Notes: a model not told the origin generated them from the letters alone. A stretch of DNA of 64,000 nucleotides from Candidatus Eiseniibacteriota bacterium (GCA_043819135.1 JBDRFG010000107.1:31002-95001), one strand, 5' to 3'; counted from the first letter of the stretch, positions 38,941 through 49,900 are shown. A program made the numbers and translations.

Positions 38941-40437
38941 CTAATCAGCGGCATCGTTTGCGAGGCGGATGCCCTCACTCTGACACCAGTCAGCCAGCAC
39001 TGCCTCCTGGTCGGATGCCTCACTCAGTCGATCTACCCAAACACCGATTAGGCTCTCCCTGTCCGGTGGGGCGGGGTCGAAGAAGCGTGACGCCGCCGCA
39101 TGTCCTCGGAAGCCGGAAACGCTCTTCCTAGGATACGTGTAGAATCGGTGCATGAATGCCGCGTCCATGGCTATGGTGAACGCTGACTCGATAGCGCTTG
39201 AGTGTACCGTCTCCGGCTGTATTCGCGTGCCGCCAAGGTGTCTGTAGTTCGTGATCGGCATGACTACGCATCCGACCCTATCGGCGGGGCGCCCGTCGAG
39301 AGCCATCTTCACGCGCAGATCCTCGGCGTGCAGCAGAATGCTGGCCTCGCACAGGCCACCCAGAAAAACACCTGCTTGCCCAAGCTCCCATGGCCTCGTC
39401 AATCGGAGGCTCTTCCGCCCCAGGAAGTGCCTTTTCGCACCGAGCGCTGCCTGGCACAGTAGCCGTCCTCCCGATAGCTCATAGACTGACAGCTGGTCTT
39501 CCAGACGCACTGCAGCGCTTCTCCCCTCGAATCTAGACCAGGCCAGCGCGTTGGTTCTGTCACTGTTCTCGAACGCGTCGGCGCTCTCGGATAATCGGAA
39601 GCGTCGCCACTCGCCGAGACCACAGACCCACGCCCTTTTCGAATCGGTGCAGTCCAAGACCAACCACAGGACGTCTTCGTGGGCACCCACAACGTCTTCG
39701 CAGTTCTGCACTAGGTTCAGCGCTCCGCGGAATCCGGCTTCCTCACCGAATGTGTAGACCACTGACATGTTGATGGGATAACCACCCATAGCAGCCTCGG
39801 TGAGACACGCCGTGGCAACCGACACTCCAGCTGCGTTGTCTATGCCCCACGAGACTACATCTCCATTGTCCAGCGAACGTACGTCCTCGCCTGGGAAAAA
39901 CTCGTGATGAGCTGTGATCGGCCCTGCAGGGTCATCCAGGAACCTCTGACTGTCAGCATCAACTTCGATGAGCACCCACGACGGGCGGCTTTCCCCTGAA
40001 AGAGTCTTGTTGATTTCGAGGATCCTGCCCGTTGCTCTCTCACACCGGTAATCGCTTCCGATTGAGACGACCACTCGTGTGCCCTTGCGCTCGGACTCGA
40101 TCTTCTGTCCATTCAGGTTTTGACCTTCTATGATGACCGAATCCTCACACGACTCGACTCGATCAAGAAGATAGCCCTCTCTGTCCGTGTGCGCTACCAG
40201 CACAGTCCTGCGACCCGAGCCGGCATCCCCTGTCCAGCTCACTGCGAGCTGGCAGTTCCCCACGAATGCGATCCGTAGCTGTCCCGGGCTGACTCCGCCA
40301 CTGACAACCCTTGCCCAGTGCTCTCTGAGGAGCCAGTCGTACAGCCGCATCTCCGCGCCTGTGACCGAAGGCACACCGCAGACCTCTCGCAGGAGCGGAA
40401 TCGCTCCCGAGTCGGTTTCCCTACTCCAGCTTATCAT
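38941..40437 (-). CDS. M42/M28-like zinc metallopeptidase
   Basis: PSVTGAE, LVAHTDREG, IDNAAG, GEEAGFRGA, LVLDC, YRH ligand pattern. Confidence 0.7.
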   Translation of the reverse strand: MISWSRETDSGAIPLLREVCGVPSVTGAEMRLYDWLLREHWARVVSGGVSPGQLRIAFVGNCQLAVSWTGDAGSGRRTVLVAHTDREGYLLDRVESCEDSVIIEGQNLNGQKIESERKGTRVVVSIGSDYRCERATGRILEINKTLSGESRPSWVLIEVDADSQRFLDDPAGPITAHHEFFPGEDVRSLDNGDVVSWGIDNAAGVSVATACLTEAAMGGYPINMSVVYTFGEEAGFRGALNLVQNCEDVVGAHEDVLWLVLDCTDSKRAWVCGLGEWRRFRLSESADAFENSDRTNALAWSRFEGRSAAVRLEDQLSVYELSGGRLLCQAALGAKRHFLGRKSLRLTRPWELGQAGVFLGGLCEASILLHAEDLRVKMALDGRPADRVGCVVMPITNYRHLGGTRIQPETVHSSAIESAFTIAMDAAFMHRFYTYPRKSVSGFRGHAAASRFFDPAPPDRESLIGVWVDRLSEASDQEAVLADWCQSEGIRLANDAAD

Positions 40438-42803
40438 AGGTCCTCGAGCAATTGATTGGTCCTACCGCGACTCACGACCTCATCTAGCAGTGCCTGGTGT
40501 GCCGAAACGAGTCCCTTGGTGCGATCAGAAATACGCGCCGTTCTCAATGCCGCGTCGAACCGCTCTCTTGTGACAGAGATGTACCGTGACCGGTTCGCAG
40601 CAGAAATGCGTGGGTCGGTGGCCCTCTTCAGGTAGTAGTAGCCCAGCGTGTCTTCCTCGTCTGCAGTCTTGTTGCTGTAACCCCTGAGTCTCTTGGCGTA
40701 TATCTGGCACATCCGGTCACTCATGCATGTGCGCGACTTCGTGTCTCGGCTCGCAGTTGAGAGGCCAGGTATCGGAGTGAGCCTTGCACGCGCATACAGG
40801 CAGTTGTTCGTCAGTGCTCTTCTGAGCCACCGCGGCACTTCAACGGCGTCGTGCCACGCATCCTCGGCCTCGCGCACGATGCTCGTCAACTCAGCCTCCT
40901 CAGAACCTTCCGCCAGCGGGAACTCGCCGAGAATCTCACCATGGTCCTCGATCCAGTCCAAGTGCAGAAGCAGCCATGCTCGAAGCAACTCCAACTTCAG
41001 AATCCTCTTCGTCACTGAGGAATCAGATGCCTTCGCCTCACCCCAAGCCCGACGGAAGACACCGTTGGCCGTGGCGCGAGCATGCTCAGCGAGCGCTACG
41101 TCCGCGCGCATCAGCCTCATCATCAACCACTCAGGAGTAAGCACGGCCTGATGGTCGTCGTCCTCAGCGGCATCCAGGAAGTAGGACAAGCGGTCAAACG
41201 CCCCGCACGCATAGAGCACTGAACGCATTACCCTGTCATAGGAGACTGGGGAGGCTAGCTTAGGAGCGCGTTCGCGGGCCCTGCTCAGCATGCTCTCCTG
41301 CTCGCTCTGCGATGGTGCCTGTCCAGTCCGCAGCTTGCGATAGAGGAGACCAAGTTCCCGCCTCGCTCCCGAGTCCTCCTCGTCAGAGAGCAGGATCTTG
41401 TCGGGCAGGTCTCGCACAGCGCTCCGGGCCAGTCCAAGTCGGCTGTGCCATGCGGCGTCCGCGAACTTCGCTGGATACCGAAGGCTGAGGTTCTGGATCA
41501 ACTCACCTATGCTCTCCAGGACGCGCCGCCGAATCCCCTCGCGCTCTTGCGTGAACTGCGTAGCATCTGTCACGTACGATACGAAGAACTTGATCGCGAG
41601 CTCCGAGGCGTCGCGTCTCTTTGGGGGCAGCCAAGTCTGTTCAGCTGCTACCAGTGTCCTCAGGTTGACGATTTCATGTGAGACGCCCTCCGTAATCTCA
41701 TCAAGCAGTTTCCGCGAAGGAGTCTTCGAGGCTCGCAGTGCCTCCAGATTCGCGGCAACGTGCTCCCGACGGTCCTTCATGCGCGCCTGCGTGGCTTCCT
41801 CATTCGACCGGTTCCATACCAGACCAAGCTCGAAGAAGTACTGCCACGATCGCAGGATGGTCGGCACATGCCGCGATGTATGCCGATCCTGATAGACGTC
41901 ACTCACACAGATGAACTCGGGGGCGCTCTCCGCGATCACGCGAGCCATGTCCCGGCTCCGCGTGACGAACAGGAGCTGGCATCCGCGGTCATGGAGTGCT
42001 GGATTCAGAGTTGCAAGATACTGAAGAGCCTCGCCGTCTCGCGAGCGTGCGGCGGCGCTCTTCCCTGGAAGAGCCTCCTTCAGGGCCTCAGTCCAGTGCT
42101 CCTGCCCTCTGTAGTCGAAACCTGTCGTGTCAATGAGACCCGGGGCCACATCGTGCGCGTTCGCAAGGCGCGGGCCTGTCTCCTGCTTCCCTTGCCGCAG
42201 CAGGTGGTTGATGCCGTCGAGCGCCTTGTTCTCGTTCATCCTGGCGATCAAGAAGAAGCTCCCGAAGTGCTCTTTGATCCAATCCTCGATCCTCGCGCGA
42301 TCGATCCTCCGTAGCTCCTTCGCGAAACTCTCGGCATTCAGAGCATTCTCGCCTTTAAGTCTCTGGGCAATCGGGAGAATAGCAGCCAACGCTGGCGACT
42401 CAGAGAGACTCTCCAGTGTAAGTGCCTTGCGTGGATGGTCGATGTTCACGGCGAGTACGTTCGATAGCAGAAGTCGCACGAAGTGTGACATCTCCTCTTC
42501 ATAGGGAGGAAGAAGAAGCAGCTGAGGAAACGGGCTGCGGTCAAACAACACGGTCAGCGCGGCCTGGTGCGCAGCCGCCACCAAGTCCTCATCGAGAATG
42601 GCCCGTTCCATCGCGCCGACCACCGGAAGGACCCCTGTGGCGTAGGCATAGACCTCGGACCAGTCGACCGCGACAGTGATTCGCTCCGCGCTGTCCTGAG
42701 AGAACGGTGCAAGTTGCAGGTCGCGCCGCAGGAGGTAGAGACACCTCTGCTCCTCCTCCAAGTACTCCTGCAACCGCCGGTGCCGCTCAGCTAGCCCGCC
42801 CAC
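40434..42803 (-). CDS. Large hypothetical protein: putative PIN-like N-terminal domain and helical/TPR-like C-terminus (start uncertain, ORF open to 42911)
   Basis: VAVDWSE...LLPPYEEE...RDGEAL...LFVTRS acidic pattern; C-terminal DTLGYYYL...FDAAL. Confidence 0.5.
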   Translation of the reverse strand: MGGLAERHRRLQEYLEEEQRCLYLLRRDLQLAPFSQDSAERITVAVDWSEVYAYATGVLPVVGAMERAILDEDLVAAAHQAALTVLFDRSPFPQLLLLPPYEEEMSHFVRLLLSNVLAVNIDHPRKALTLESLSESPALAAILPIAQRLKGENALNAESFAKELRRIDRARIEDWIKEHFGSFFLIARMNENKALDGINHLLRQGKQETGPRLANAHDVAPGLIDTTGFDYRGQEHWTEALKEALPGKSAAARSRDGEALQYLATLNPALHDRGCQLLFVTRSRDMARVIAESAPEFICVSDVYQDRHTSRHVPTILRSWQYFFELGLVWNRSNEEATQARMKDRREHVAANLEALRASKTPSRKLLDEITEGVSHEIVNLRTLVAAEQTWLPPKRRDASELAIKFFVSYVTDATQFTQEREGIRRRVLESIGELIQNLSLRYPAKFADAAWHSRLGLARSAVRDLPDKILLSDEEDSGARRELGLLYRKLRTGQAPSQSEQESMLSRARERAPKLASPVSYDRVMRSVLYACGAFDRLSYFLDAAEDDDHQAVLTPEWLMMRLMRADVALAEHARATANGVFRRAWGEAKASDSSVTKRILKLELLRAWLLLHLDWIEDHGEILGEFPLAEGSEEAELTSIVREAEDAWHDAVEVPRWLRRALTNNCLYARARLTPIPGLSTASRDTKSRTCMSDRMCQIYAKRLRGYSNKTADEEDTLGYYYLKRATDPRISAANRSRYISVTRERFDAALRTARISDRTKGLVSAHQALLDEVVSRGRTNQLLEDL

Positions 42804-44050
42804 TGGAGTACCTCCGCCCGGTGAGACTTGACCTTCTTCACGACGTTCTTCACTACGTTCTGAAGCCCTTGGCTTTGATGACGTGTACGACTTATCATCT
42901 GCGTCACGCACTCCATCACAGAGTCCGGTATTTCGAAGAAGTAGCTCGGAGTTGATGAGTCGAGCAGATCCTCGGCAATGACATGACTGATAGCAGACTT
43001 GGTCATCCCTTCGGCGCGTAGCTCAGGCACAACACTGAATTGAACGATGCCTCGTCTTGCGGCTTCCTCCGTGAGATATCTGCACAGCGCCGTTCCCGCT
43101 TCCGGCTCTCGGAGAACGGCCTGCACTACTCGAGCAAGGTAGGTCGCCCGGTCATCCGGTAGATGCTCGAGGAGAGTCTCACCGATTATCGCCACCTGCT
43201 CAGCATCACCAGCTGCACGCCGAGCTGCGCTGATGAGGAGTTCATCCTTGAGTGGCGCGTGCCATGCGACTAGGCCGGCGTAGGTCTCCCCGGCAGCAGT
43301 TGAATCATGTAGCCACTTCTCAGCAGCCCCTGGATCCTCGCAGCTCGTGACAGCAGCAAACAGCCTTGTCATCAGAGCGCGACACGAGCCAAACAACGGC
43401 TGCAGGGCCTCAGCTTCCCTGAGCAACATCGCCCGTGTGAGCGCTCGGGCGCGATTGGCGCGTCCGGCCACCACAGCTACCAGCTCCCTGCGCACTCCTG
43501 ATGTGGTGGCAGCGGCGGCAAGGCGCACCCACTCACTCCCGAAACCCGCTCCTAGGCATTCTCCCTCAAGAGACGAAAACGCCTCATCGACGATTGCGAT
43601 TCTCGGCTGGTCGTCGAATAGACAGCGGAAGTAGTCTCTTGTCTCCCTGTGTTCAAGAAGTTCGGCAGGCGGACTATCGACGTCCGCAGGAAGCGCGTGT
43701 GAGTACATCAGATCCGCAAGGCGCTCGCGGATTCGAGCATCAACCAGCAGTTCCCGTAGGTCAGCGGCCGCCTCTGTCCGGACATCCGCTGCGGTTTCTC
43801 TATCTAGAACAATCAAGGCGAGTTGAAGACCCCCTGCGGCTTCCGTGGCCACGTGCAGTTCCTCTCGAACAGCACTGGCAGTTGTGTCATCCAGGAACAC
43901 AAGGTCGTGCGCATCGCGAAAGAGAACCTGCAGCTCACCAGCCCTTCTCAGGACCAGTTCGCCAGGAAGGTGTGCATGCAGGGAGAAGAGGGACTCCCCG
44001 TCAAGTATCACAGCAACACCAGCGACACCCGAGACTATGCCTTCCATCAT
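42791..44050 (-). CDS. Hypothetical alpha-helical protein
   Basis: Long ORF translationally coupled to both neighbours. Confidence 0.6.
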   Translation of the reverse strand: MMEGIVSGVAGVAVILDGESLFSLHAHLPGELVLRRAGELQVLFRDAHDLVFLDDTTASAVREELHVATEAAGGLQLALIVLDRETAADVRTEAAADLRELLVDARIRERLADLMYSHALPADVDSPPAELLEHRETRDYFRCLFDDQPRIAIVDEAFSSLEGECLGAGFGSEWVRLAAAATTSGVRRELVAVVAGRANRARALTRAMLLREAEALQPLFGSCRALMTRLFAAVTSCEDPGAAEKWLHDSTAAGETYAGLVAWHAPLKDELLISAARRAAGDAEQVAIIGETLLEHLPDDRATYLARVVQAVLREPEAGTALCRYLTEEAARRGIVQFSVVPELRAEGMTKSAISHVIAEDLLDSSTPSYFFEIPDSVMECVTQMISRTRHQSQGLQNVVKNVVKKVKSHRAEVLQWAG

Positions 44051-44904
44051 CCCACCTCTAGCGACACATCGAACCTGTCCAGATAGGCTCGCAGGTCTTT
44101 GATCCTCGACATCTGCGGTCGGTTCTTGAATCTACGGATGTGGACGGCCTGAACACTACGAATCGTAATCCGTCCCCAAACGTGAACCTCCACGAACACA
44201 TCGTCTTCAGGGATCTTCCCTTGCACCACCATTACATCAGGGAATCTATCCTCATGGCTTCCGGCCTCGATCTGGTCTGCGTGCTTCGCGACCGCGAGAC
44301 GCTTGCGGAGCCCCCAAGGAGCCCGGAAGCCGTGGGGCGGGTCAGCTGCCTCCTTTACAGTCAGCCGCAGCATCCACAGCACGTTGTTTTCGTGGAAGAC
44401 CGATGTTCTGTGGGCGATGAACTCGTCCCTCAATGTGACGAAGCAGTTGCCATAGCTGGCTACCCCAACTCCGCCCAAGGAGAGCGCTGCGAAAGATATG
44501 TCCTCTTTCCCGTACGGAAAAGTGGCTGATTCGGATATGTCTCGATATCTACCCCACTTGGATTCATCAGCTTGCCGCAGACCTGCACCCTGCAGCTTGT
44601 AGTAGTTCGGCTTGGCATCACGATCAGACTTCGCGATGAACTCGAACTGCTCGAAGCTCATCGCAATCACAGCCACGGAATCCGATTCCACGAGCGTTTC
44701 GAACCGCTTGACCTTGTCCTCAGCGCCTCGGGACTTGGCCCTTAACAGGGCGTCCTGATAGCGCGTCTCCAGAGCCTCCCGTTCATCCTTGGAATCGGCC
44801 ACCTCAACGTTGGGGTAAAGGCAAGGTCTCTCGCAGTGAGGGCACCTCAGCTCGGAAACGTGGAAGTCGTGTCCGCAGTACTTGCATGTTCTCTTGGTCA
44901 ACAT
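44047..44904 (-). CDS. Zinc-ribbon plus DUF3626-like (putative ADP-ribosyltransferase fold) protein
   Basis: CKYC...CPHC; FAALS..G..SYGNCFVTLR...RTSVF; FVEVHVWG. Confidence 0.55.
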   Translation of the reverse strand: MLTKRTCKYCGHDFHVSELRCPHCERPCLYPNVEVADSKDEREALETRYQDALLRAKSRGAEDKVKRFETLVESDSVAVIAMSFEQFEFIAKSDRDAKPNYYKLQGAGLRQADESKWGRYRDISESATFPYGKEDISFAALSLGGVGVASYGNCFVTLRDEFIAHRTSVFHENNVLWMLRLTVKEAADPPHGFRAPWGLRKRLAVAKHADQIEAGSHEDRFPDVMVVQGKIPEDDVFVEVHVWGRITIRSVQAVHIRRFKNRPQMSRIKDLRAYLDRFDVSLEVG

Positions 44905-45441
44905 CCGGACATACCCTCTTCTCGCCAGCATCGTGAGTCGAAGGGCTTCCGTGCTCCCAAGAGACTCAAACTCTGACGCGCTCAAGGGCACCATGAAACC
45001 GTCCAGACTCCACATAGTGAGGTTGATTCTACAATAGTGAGGTCTTGGCGTCAACTGATTCGCGCTTCCACCACATCACACTGGCTCTCAGGAGGACTCT
45101 CCGGGGGACTGTAGTGGTGGCAGCGGAGCCGGGTGAGCGGGAGCCGTGTGCAGGTTCGCCTCCTGGCCTGTCCCCCTCTCAGCATCCACACCCCCTTTCT
45201 AGAACGGAGGTTAGAGCCTCTCGGCCCAAGCGATCCGGCGCTACGGCTGAGAGACTTGTCGCGCCCGCCCTCCAGTTCGGTGCCAAGATGTTCAAAGATC
45301 CCGGAACTGGCTTCGCCTCAAGAAGCGACTCGAATGCAGTGAGGCGGCTTCGGTTCGGCTGCCCGAGCGAGCTTGCATGGTTCCTTCCTGGCGAGTGCAA
45401 GCGGGTACCGGCGACCGCAACCTTCAAGACGTGGGAGGCCC

Positions 45442-46992
45442 ATGAAACAAGCTGCCACCCGTGCCACCCGTGCCAAACGTTCCGAGAGCAGCAAGGGCTC
45501 CGGCGGTGCCAGCAAGAAGGCCCGCAAGATGGCGACGAAGGCCCACCCCAAGCCCGCCGAGAACGGCACTCAGGCGAGGCAAGAGGGAAGCTCGGCCCCC
45601 GACTTCCCGGTCCGTCTGCCCGGCAAGCTCGAGCACTGGCCCATCGACAAGCTCCGCCCCTACGAGCGGAACCCGAGGACTCACAGTCCAGATCAGGTCA
45701 CGAAGATCGCGGCCAGTCTACTGGAGTTCGGTTGGACTAATCCCATCCTCGTCGATGGCGAGGCCGGGATCATCGCTGGTCACGGCCGGGTTCTCGCGGC
45801 CCGCGAGCTCGGGATGACCATGGTCCCGGTCATCGAGCTGTCACACCTCAGCGAGGCCCAGAAGCGGGCGTATGTCATCGCCGACAATCGCCTAGCTCTC
45901 GACGCGGGGTGGGACGAGGACCTCTTGGCTGAGGAACTCAAGGCACTGGACGGCCTCGACTTCGATCTTCACCTGATGGGATTCGAGCTGGATGAGCTGC
46001 AAGTTCTTCTCGATGATGAGGTAGCCGAGGAGGTCGCTCCTCCCGAGCCTCCAGAGGAGCCCGTGACTCGGATCGGAGATCTCTGGATCTTGGGTGACCA
46101 TCGACTCCTGTGTGGGGACTCATCCGACGCAGCGGCCGTTGATCGCCTTCTTGATGGTGCGAAGGTACACCTAGTCAACACCGACCCTCCCTACAACGTG
46201 AAGGTCGAGCCACGTTCGAACAACGCAATCGCCGCGGGCCTTTCCAGCTTCCCTGCCGTGAAGAGCCCTGTCGAGGCGTCTGACGCCCAAGGTATGCACC
46301 ATCAGGGATTCGACCTGGCTCGCCACAAGACGAAGTCTAGGCCGACTGGGAAGATGCGCCCGAAGGACCGACCTCTCGTGAACGACTTCGTCACCGACGA
46401 GGCATTCGAGGAGATGCTCGGAGCCTGGTTCGGCAACATCGCCAGAGTGCTCCTACCCGGGCGGGCCTTCTACATCTGGGGCGGCTACGCGAACTGTGCC
46501 AACTACCCACCAGTTCTCAAGGCCAGTGGTCTCTACTTCAGCCAGGCGATCATCTGGGTGAAGGAGCACCCCGTTCTCACTCGGAAGGACTTCATGGGCA
46601 ACCATGAGTGGTGCTTCTACGGCTGGCGCGAGGGAGCAGCCCATCAGTTCTTCGGACCAACCAACGCAGTCGATGTGTGGGCGGTCAAGAAGGTGAACCC
46701 TCAGAGCATGATTCATCTCACCCAGAAGCCTGTCGAATTGGCAACTCGAGCGATCCGGTACTCATCCAAGCCAGGTGAGAGTGTACTCGACCTGTTCGGG
46801 GGCAGTGGAAGCACTCTTGTAGCTGCTGAGGAGAGCGGGCGCACATGCTTCTTGATGGAACTTGACCCGGCCTACTGCGATGTGATCGTGGAGCGCTGGC
46901 AAACGGTCACTGGAGACAAGGCCGTGCTCGAGGGAGAAGACCTGACCTCTGATGCCGTTGCCGCGCTTCGCAGACCCAAGCAGGACGAGTAG
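45442..46992 (+). CDS. ParB-domain DNA N6/N4 methyltransferase (phage type)
   Basis: PYERNPRTH, IIAGHGR, ADNRL, TDPPYN, QKPVEL, LDLFGGSGST. Confidence 0.92.
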   Translation: MKQAATRATRAKRSESSKGSGGASKKARKMATKAHPKPAENGTQARQEGSSAPDFPVRLPGKLEHWPIDKLRPYERNPRTHSPDQVTKIAASLLEFGWTNPILVDGEAGIIAGHGRVLAARELGMTMVPVIELSHLSEAQKRAYVIADNRLALDAGWDEDLLAEELKALDGLDFDLHLMGFELDELQVLLDDEVAEEVAPPEPPEEPVTRIGDLWILGDHRLLCGDSSDAAAVDRLLDGAKVHLVNTDPPYNVKVEPRSNNAIAAGLSSFPAVKSPVEASDAQGMHHQGFDLARHKTKSRPTGKMRPKDRPLVNDFVTDEAFEEMLGAWFGNIARVLLPGRAFYIWGGYANCANYPPVLKASGLYFSQAIIWVKEHPVLTRKDFMGNHEWCFYGWREGAAHQFFGPTNAVDVWAVKKVNPQSMIHLTQKPVELATRAIRYSSKPGESVLDLFGGSGSTLVAAEESGRTCFLMELDPAYCDVIVERWQTVTGDKAVLEGEDLTSDAVAALRRPKQDE

Positions 46993-46995
46993 GTC

Positions 46996-47559
46996 TTGGG
47001 CAAGAGCCGAAGTAAGACGCTGATCTCCCAGCGCGAGTACGCTCGTCGGCGTGGCATCTCCCACACGTCAGTCCAGCGCGCGGTCAAGGCCGGGCGAATC
47101 TCAATGGTGGATGGGAAGATCGACCCCAGACAGGCCGATCGCGAGTGGCAGCAGAACACGGACCAGAGCAAACCGAGAAACCGAGTCACCGGCAAGCCGA
47201 AGCGCACTCGCATCCAGGACGAGCCGTCAGAACCGATGGACTTCGCTGGGATGGATGGGGGCCGCGGAGGAGGAGGCGGTGCGTCCAACTACGCGAAGGC
47301 ACGTGCCGCCCGAGAGCTCTATCAGGCCCAGCTAACCAAGCTCCACCTCGACCGTGAGCGTGCCAAGCTGGTGCGCGCCGACCAGGTGAGAATCGCGGCC
47401 TTCAACGCGGCGAGAAGCGCGCGTGACAAGCTGATGGGGATACCCAATCGCGTGTCCGCTGTTCTGGCTGCAACAGATGACACTGAGGAGGTCCGGCGCA
47501 TTCTGGATGAGGAAATCGAGAGAATCTGTGTGGAGCTCTCAGAAGCTCCCTGGCACTGA
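46996..47559 (+). CDS. Terminase small subunit-like (Nu1-type HTH) protein
   Basis: SQREYARRRGISHTSVQRAVKAGRI; YAKARA...RDKLMGIPNR; follows ParB-MTase as in lambda-like packaging modules. Confidence 0.7.
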   Translation: MGKSRSKTLISQREYARRRGISHTSVQRAVKAGRISMVDGKIDPRQADREWQQNTDQSKPRNRVTGKPKRTRIQDEPSEPMDFAGMDGGRGGGGGASNYAKARAARELYQAQLTKLHLDRERAKLVRADQVRIAAFNAARSARDKLMGIPNRVSAVLAATDDTEEVRRILDEEIERICVELSEAPWH

Positions 47560-47647
47560 GGTGGGCCGGTTGGGTTAGAGAATGAGCAGACTGCCACAAA
47601 CAGGCTCGCAGGCTCCATGCGCTAATCAGGCTGCGGCACGCCCCGCT

Positions 47648-48571
47648 TCAATCCTCGGGACTCCGGTCAGAGGCGGCACGTTCGTTGAAGAAGCTTGGAG
47701 TGATCTTGGGCTGATCAGCCCACATACCCTCACGAATGTCGAAATCGTCCGGATTGAGAGCGTAGAGAAAGCGGTCGGCGTGAAAGGCCAGGACGCTGTT
47801 GTACCAGAGCAGATTCTCACGCGTGAGGTTCACTACTTCTCCTTCTGAAACTTCATACACTCCGCTGTCGATGATGGCCAACACCACGCGAGTGGAGAGC
47901 GCGAGCTGTAGAACGAGCCCTCTACACAGAAGCCCGAGATTCCCGTAGGGCCCCGCATCGACCTGATTGAACCTGATTGCCGGGCTATCCGAAGAGCAGA
48001 ATCTACTCCTGTCAGGGACTACGTGAAGTCGCCATGTGCGCTCGGCGAGCACGGGCCAGAACTCGGAGATTCGTGCCATGATGCGCAGGTGCATGTGCGC
48101 TCCATCCTCCCCTGCCGTTGACATCTGGTCACGCAACGACTGAGCGATTGGGCCAGACTCCTCAAGCTTCTTCCTAACGAGGTCTGGCATCGCCTCGACG
48201 GACCTCCTCGTCGCGGGGCTCCTGACACCTTGGACAACGACGAAGAGCGAGATGGCAGAGCGCTCCTCGGGAGTAAGAGACCGAGTGTCCTGGCTCTTGA
48301 GCAGCCTCGCGATGGCGGGGGCGGCCATACTCTCAAGTTGCGCGAGCCCAGGATCGATCGTGAGAACCATGTCCTCTCCGACGGCGGCCTCGTAGAACCT
48401 GTTCGAACACGCTACATCGTTCACGCTGGCCTCGAAGAGTCGGTCTTCGCGCAGGTCGAGAACTGCAAGCCTGTCCGACGTCAGCCCGTTCTTGGTTACC
48501 TCCCTGCTGAAGCGGCGCAGCAGGAACTGCGGGACATAGTGCTGTCGTGTTGCCAGTCCTTCACCGCTCAT
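47648..48571 (-). CDS. DUF4238 domain protein
   Basis: RQHYVPQFLLRRF, FCSSDSP motifs. Confidence 0.8.
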   Translation of the reverse strand: MSGEGLATRQHYVPQFLLRRFSREVTKNGLTSDRLAVLDLREDRLFEASVNDVACSNRFYEAAVGEDMVLTIDPGLAQLESMAAPAIARLLKSQDTRSLTPEERSAISLFVVVQGVRSPATRRSVEAMPDLVRKKLEESGPIAQSLRDQMSTAGEDGAHMHLRIMARISEFWPVLAERTWRLHVVPDRSRFCSSDSPAIRFNQVDAGPYGNLGLLCRGLVLQLALSTRVVLAIIDSGVYEVSEGEVVNLTRENLLWYNSVLAFHADRFLYALNPDDFDIREGMWADQPKITPSFFNERAASDRSPED

Positions 48572-48700
48572 GCTCGAACTCCGTCACCATGTGAGGATGC
48601 TCACGCTTTAGTCTAGTAGCCGCCCAGCCAAGAGCACTAGGTCGGCGCGACACCTGGCGCTCGTGTAGACCGGTGGCTGGACAGGCCGCTACGCTCGGCC

Positions 48701-49900
48701 CTAGAGCTGCCCCAGCTGTCCCTGGGCCGCGCGCCAGGACAGCGCGATGGAGATCAAGGCGAACCCCATCACCCGACGAAGTGCGGCCCGGTCACTCATC
48801 AGGTCTAGCTGTTCCTCAACCACGTGCATCATAGAGTTGCGGAGTCTGTAGGTGACATAGAGCGCAGATGCAGATGCGTCCACGCGCCGGGTTGCGCTGC
48901 CGAATCGTGCCAACTCTGTCTTCACCAGGTAGTTGAGTGTGCTCGCCTGATCCCATTTGCTGCCAGAGTACTGCTTCTCAATCGAGTTGAACGCGCTTGC
49001 GAGAGCCTTGTTCAACTGAATCATCTTGTTCAACTTCGGTCTTAGAGTACCGCCGCCCCCACCCTGCCAGTGAGTCAGGTTGCTCTCGAAGGAAACCAGC
49101 AGATCTGCGAGCGCTCGGACACGCTGAAGCTTGGCAGCATGAGAGTCAGGCCCGAGCTCGAGCGAGCGCGCTCTCCAGAATCCGAACAGCATCAGAATCG
49201 CGTCAGAGGCGCGCTGCGACAGGTGCTCCACCAAACCCACGAACTCCGCGTCAGTCAGCTGGGCGCCGAGCGCTGCACGATAGTCGCTCCCGTTCTCGCG
49301 CTGCAGGATCGGAAGCAGGTCATCCATTAGGAGTCTCTTTGCGATTCCCTGCCCCGTGATCAGCGCGCGCCCGGGAGTCCTGCCTGATAGCTCATCTTCA
49401 TCACCTGCAGCGTCGATGTACTGGGCGGCTTGGACGAGGTCTCCTACTTTGAAGTGGCAGAGCCCCACGTTGTAGAGGGGAGCACCCTTGTGTATGCGCC
49501 GGCCAATCCTCTGCTCTGACTCGGCTGTCAGCTGATGGAGACACTCAGTCCAGATCATGATCGGCAGAGTTAGGAACTCATGGTGGTCAATCGCGACGTC
49601 CACCAGTGCAGTGTGCGGAGCGAAGAGTGAGTCATCGTTGTTGCGCCATCTCTTCGCCTCGAGCTGCTTGAGGTTGCATGCAACCAAGCCACAAAGCTCC
49701 ATACCAAGCCGCTGCATTCTTCTCTCAGCCCCAACCAGGTGGGCTTCGAGCATAGGCACCGGATCAAGCCCTCGGCGTGTCCGTCGTGTGACGATTGCGA
49801 TAAGCCGACGAAACCGGACGTACTTCCGGAGACCGATTGTCTCAGCGAGAATCCGTGTTCCCAATCCTACATCTAGCTTCATCGGCCTGTAGGTGGTCAA
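48701..49900 (-). CDS. Hypothetical protein with TPR-like segment and C-terminal HEPN-like RxxxxH motif
   Basis: LYNVGLCHFKVGD; YRLRNSMMH; GGAGG RBS before TTG 49900. Confidence 0.55.
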   Translation of the reverse strand: MTTYRPMKLDVGLGTRILAETIGLRKYVRFRRLIAIVTRRTRRGLDPVPMLEAHLVGAERRMQRLGMELCGLVACNLKQLEAKRWRNNDDSLFAPHTALVDVAIDHHEFLTLPIMIWTECLHQLTAESEQRIGRRIHKGAPLYNVGLCHFKVGDLVQAAQYIDAAGDEDELSGRTPGRALITGQGIAKRLLMDDLLPILQRENGSDYRAALGAQLTDAEFVGLVEHLSQRASDAILMLFGFWRARSLELGPDSHAAKLQRVRALADLLVSFESNLTHWQGGGGGTLRPKLNKMIQLNKALASAFNSIEKQYSGSKWDQASTLNYLVKTELARFGSATRRVDASASALYVTYRLRNSMMHVVEEQLDLMSDRAALRRVMGFALISIALSWRAAQGQLGQL

